The position numbers were made by a program, and so were the translations under genes. A stretch of DNA of 64,000 nucleotides from Balanoglossus misakiensis (taxonomy: Eukaryota > Animalia > Hemichordata): contig CM082586.2 of assembly GCA_040954595.2 (NCBI GenBank), positions 5,814,509-5,878,508 of the forward strand, in the 5' to 3' direction. Shown here in pieces: positions 63,853-64,000 of this stretch. The notes under the pieces were generated by a model, which was not told the origin of the DNA, ran no database searches, and saw nothing but the letters and a program-made list of their open reading frames with translations. Every line of letters starts with the position of its first letter. Positions within the stretch are counted from its first letter, which is position 1.

Positions 63853-64000
63853 GTACGTACGTCATAGATGATTTTCAGCTTTTTATGAGATCTCGCGAGA
63901 CTTGGCTAACAAACAATTTTGGTTATATTTTAAAGTTGTTCACATTAAGCAGTATACTATTTTAGACCGAAGTGGGACATGACCAATTCAGAAACATTAG

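Overview
AT-rich, intron-containing eukaryotic DNA. The gene content and repeats suggest a marine invertebrate, possibly a deuterostome such as a hemichordate, but this is inference only. From left to right the window holds: (1) an apparently intact, near full-length Tx1/L1-clade non-LTR retrotransposon on the minus strand (ORF1 with a zinc knuckle; ORF2 with APE, RT and a Cys-rich tail), whose 5' end abuts an (ATG)21 microsatellite; (2) a five-coding-exon SLC34/NaPi-II phosphate cotransporter; (3) an eight-exon, Cys-rich, probably secreted and GPI-anchored protein of unknown function; (4) a GT32 (DxD) glycosyltransferase with an intronless CDS; (5) a nine-exon anion-type Cys-loop receptor subunit (glycine-receptor-like, with a divergent ligand site), carrying in an intron a 614-bp TSD-flanked insertion of eight tandem 64-bp palindromes; (6) the 5' part of an enteropeptidase-like type II transmembrane serine protease (TM-SEA-LDLa-SRCR-trypsin) running off the right edge. 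Exon models were assembled by hand from GT-AG sites, phase continuity and motif recognition; no database search was possible. No rRNA, tRNA or CRISPR array was found.
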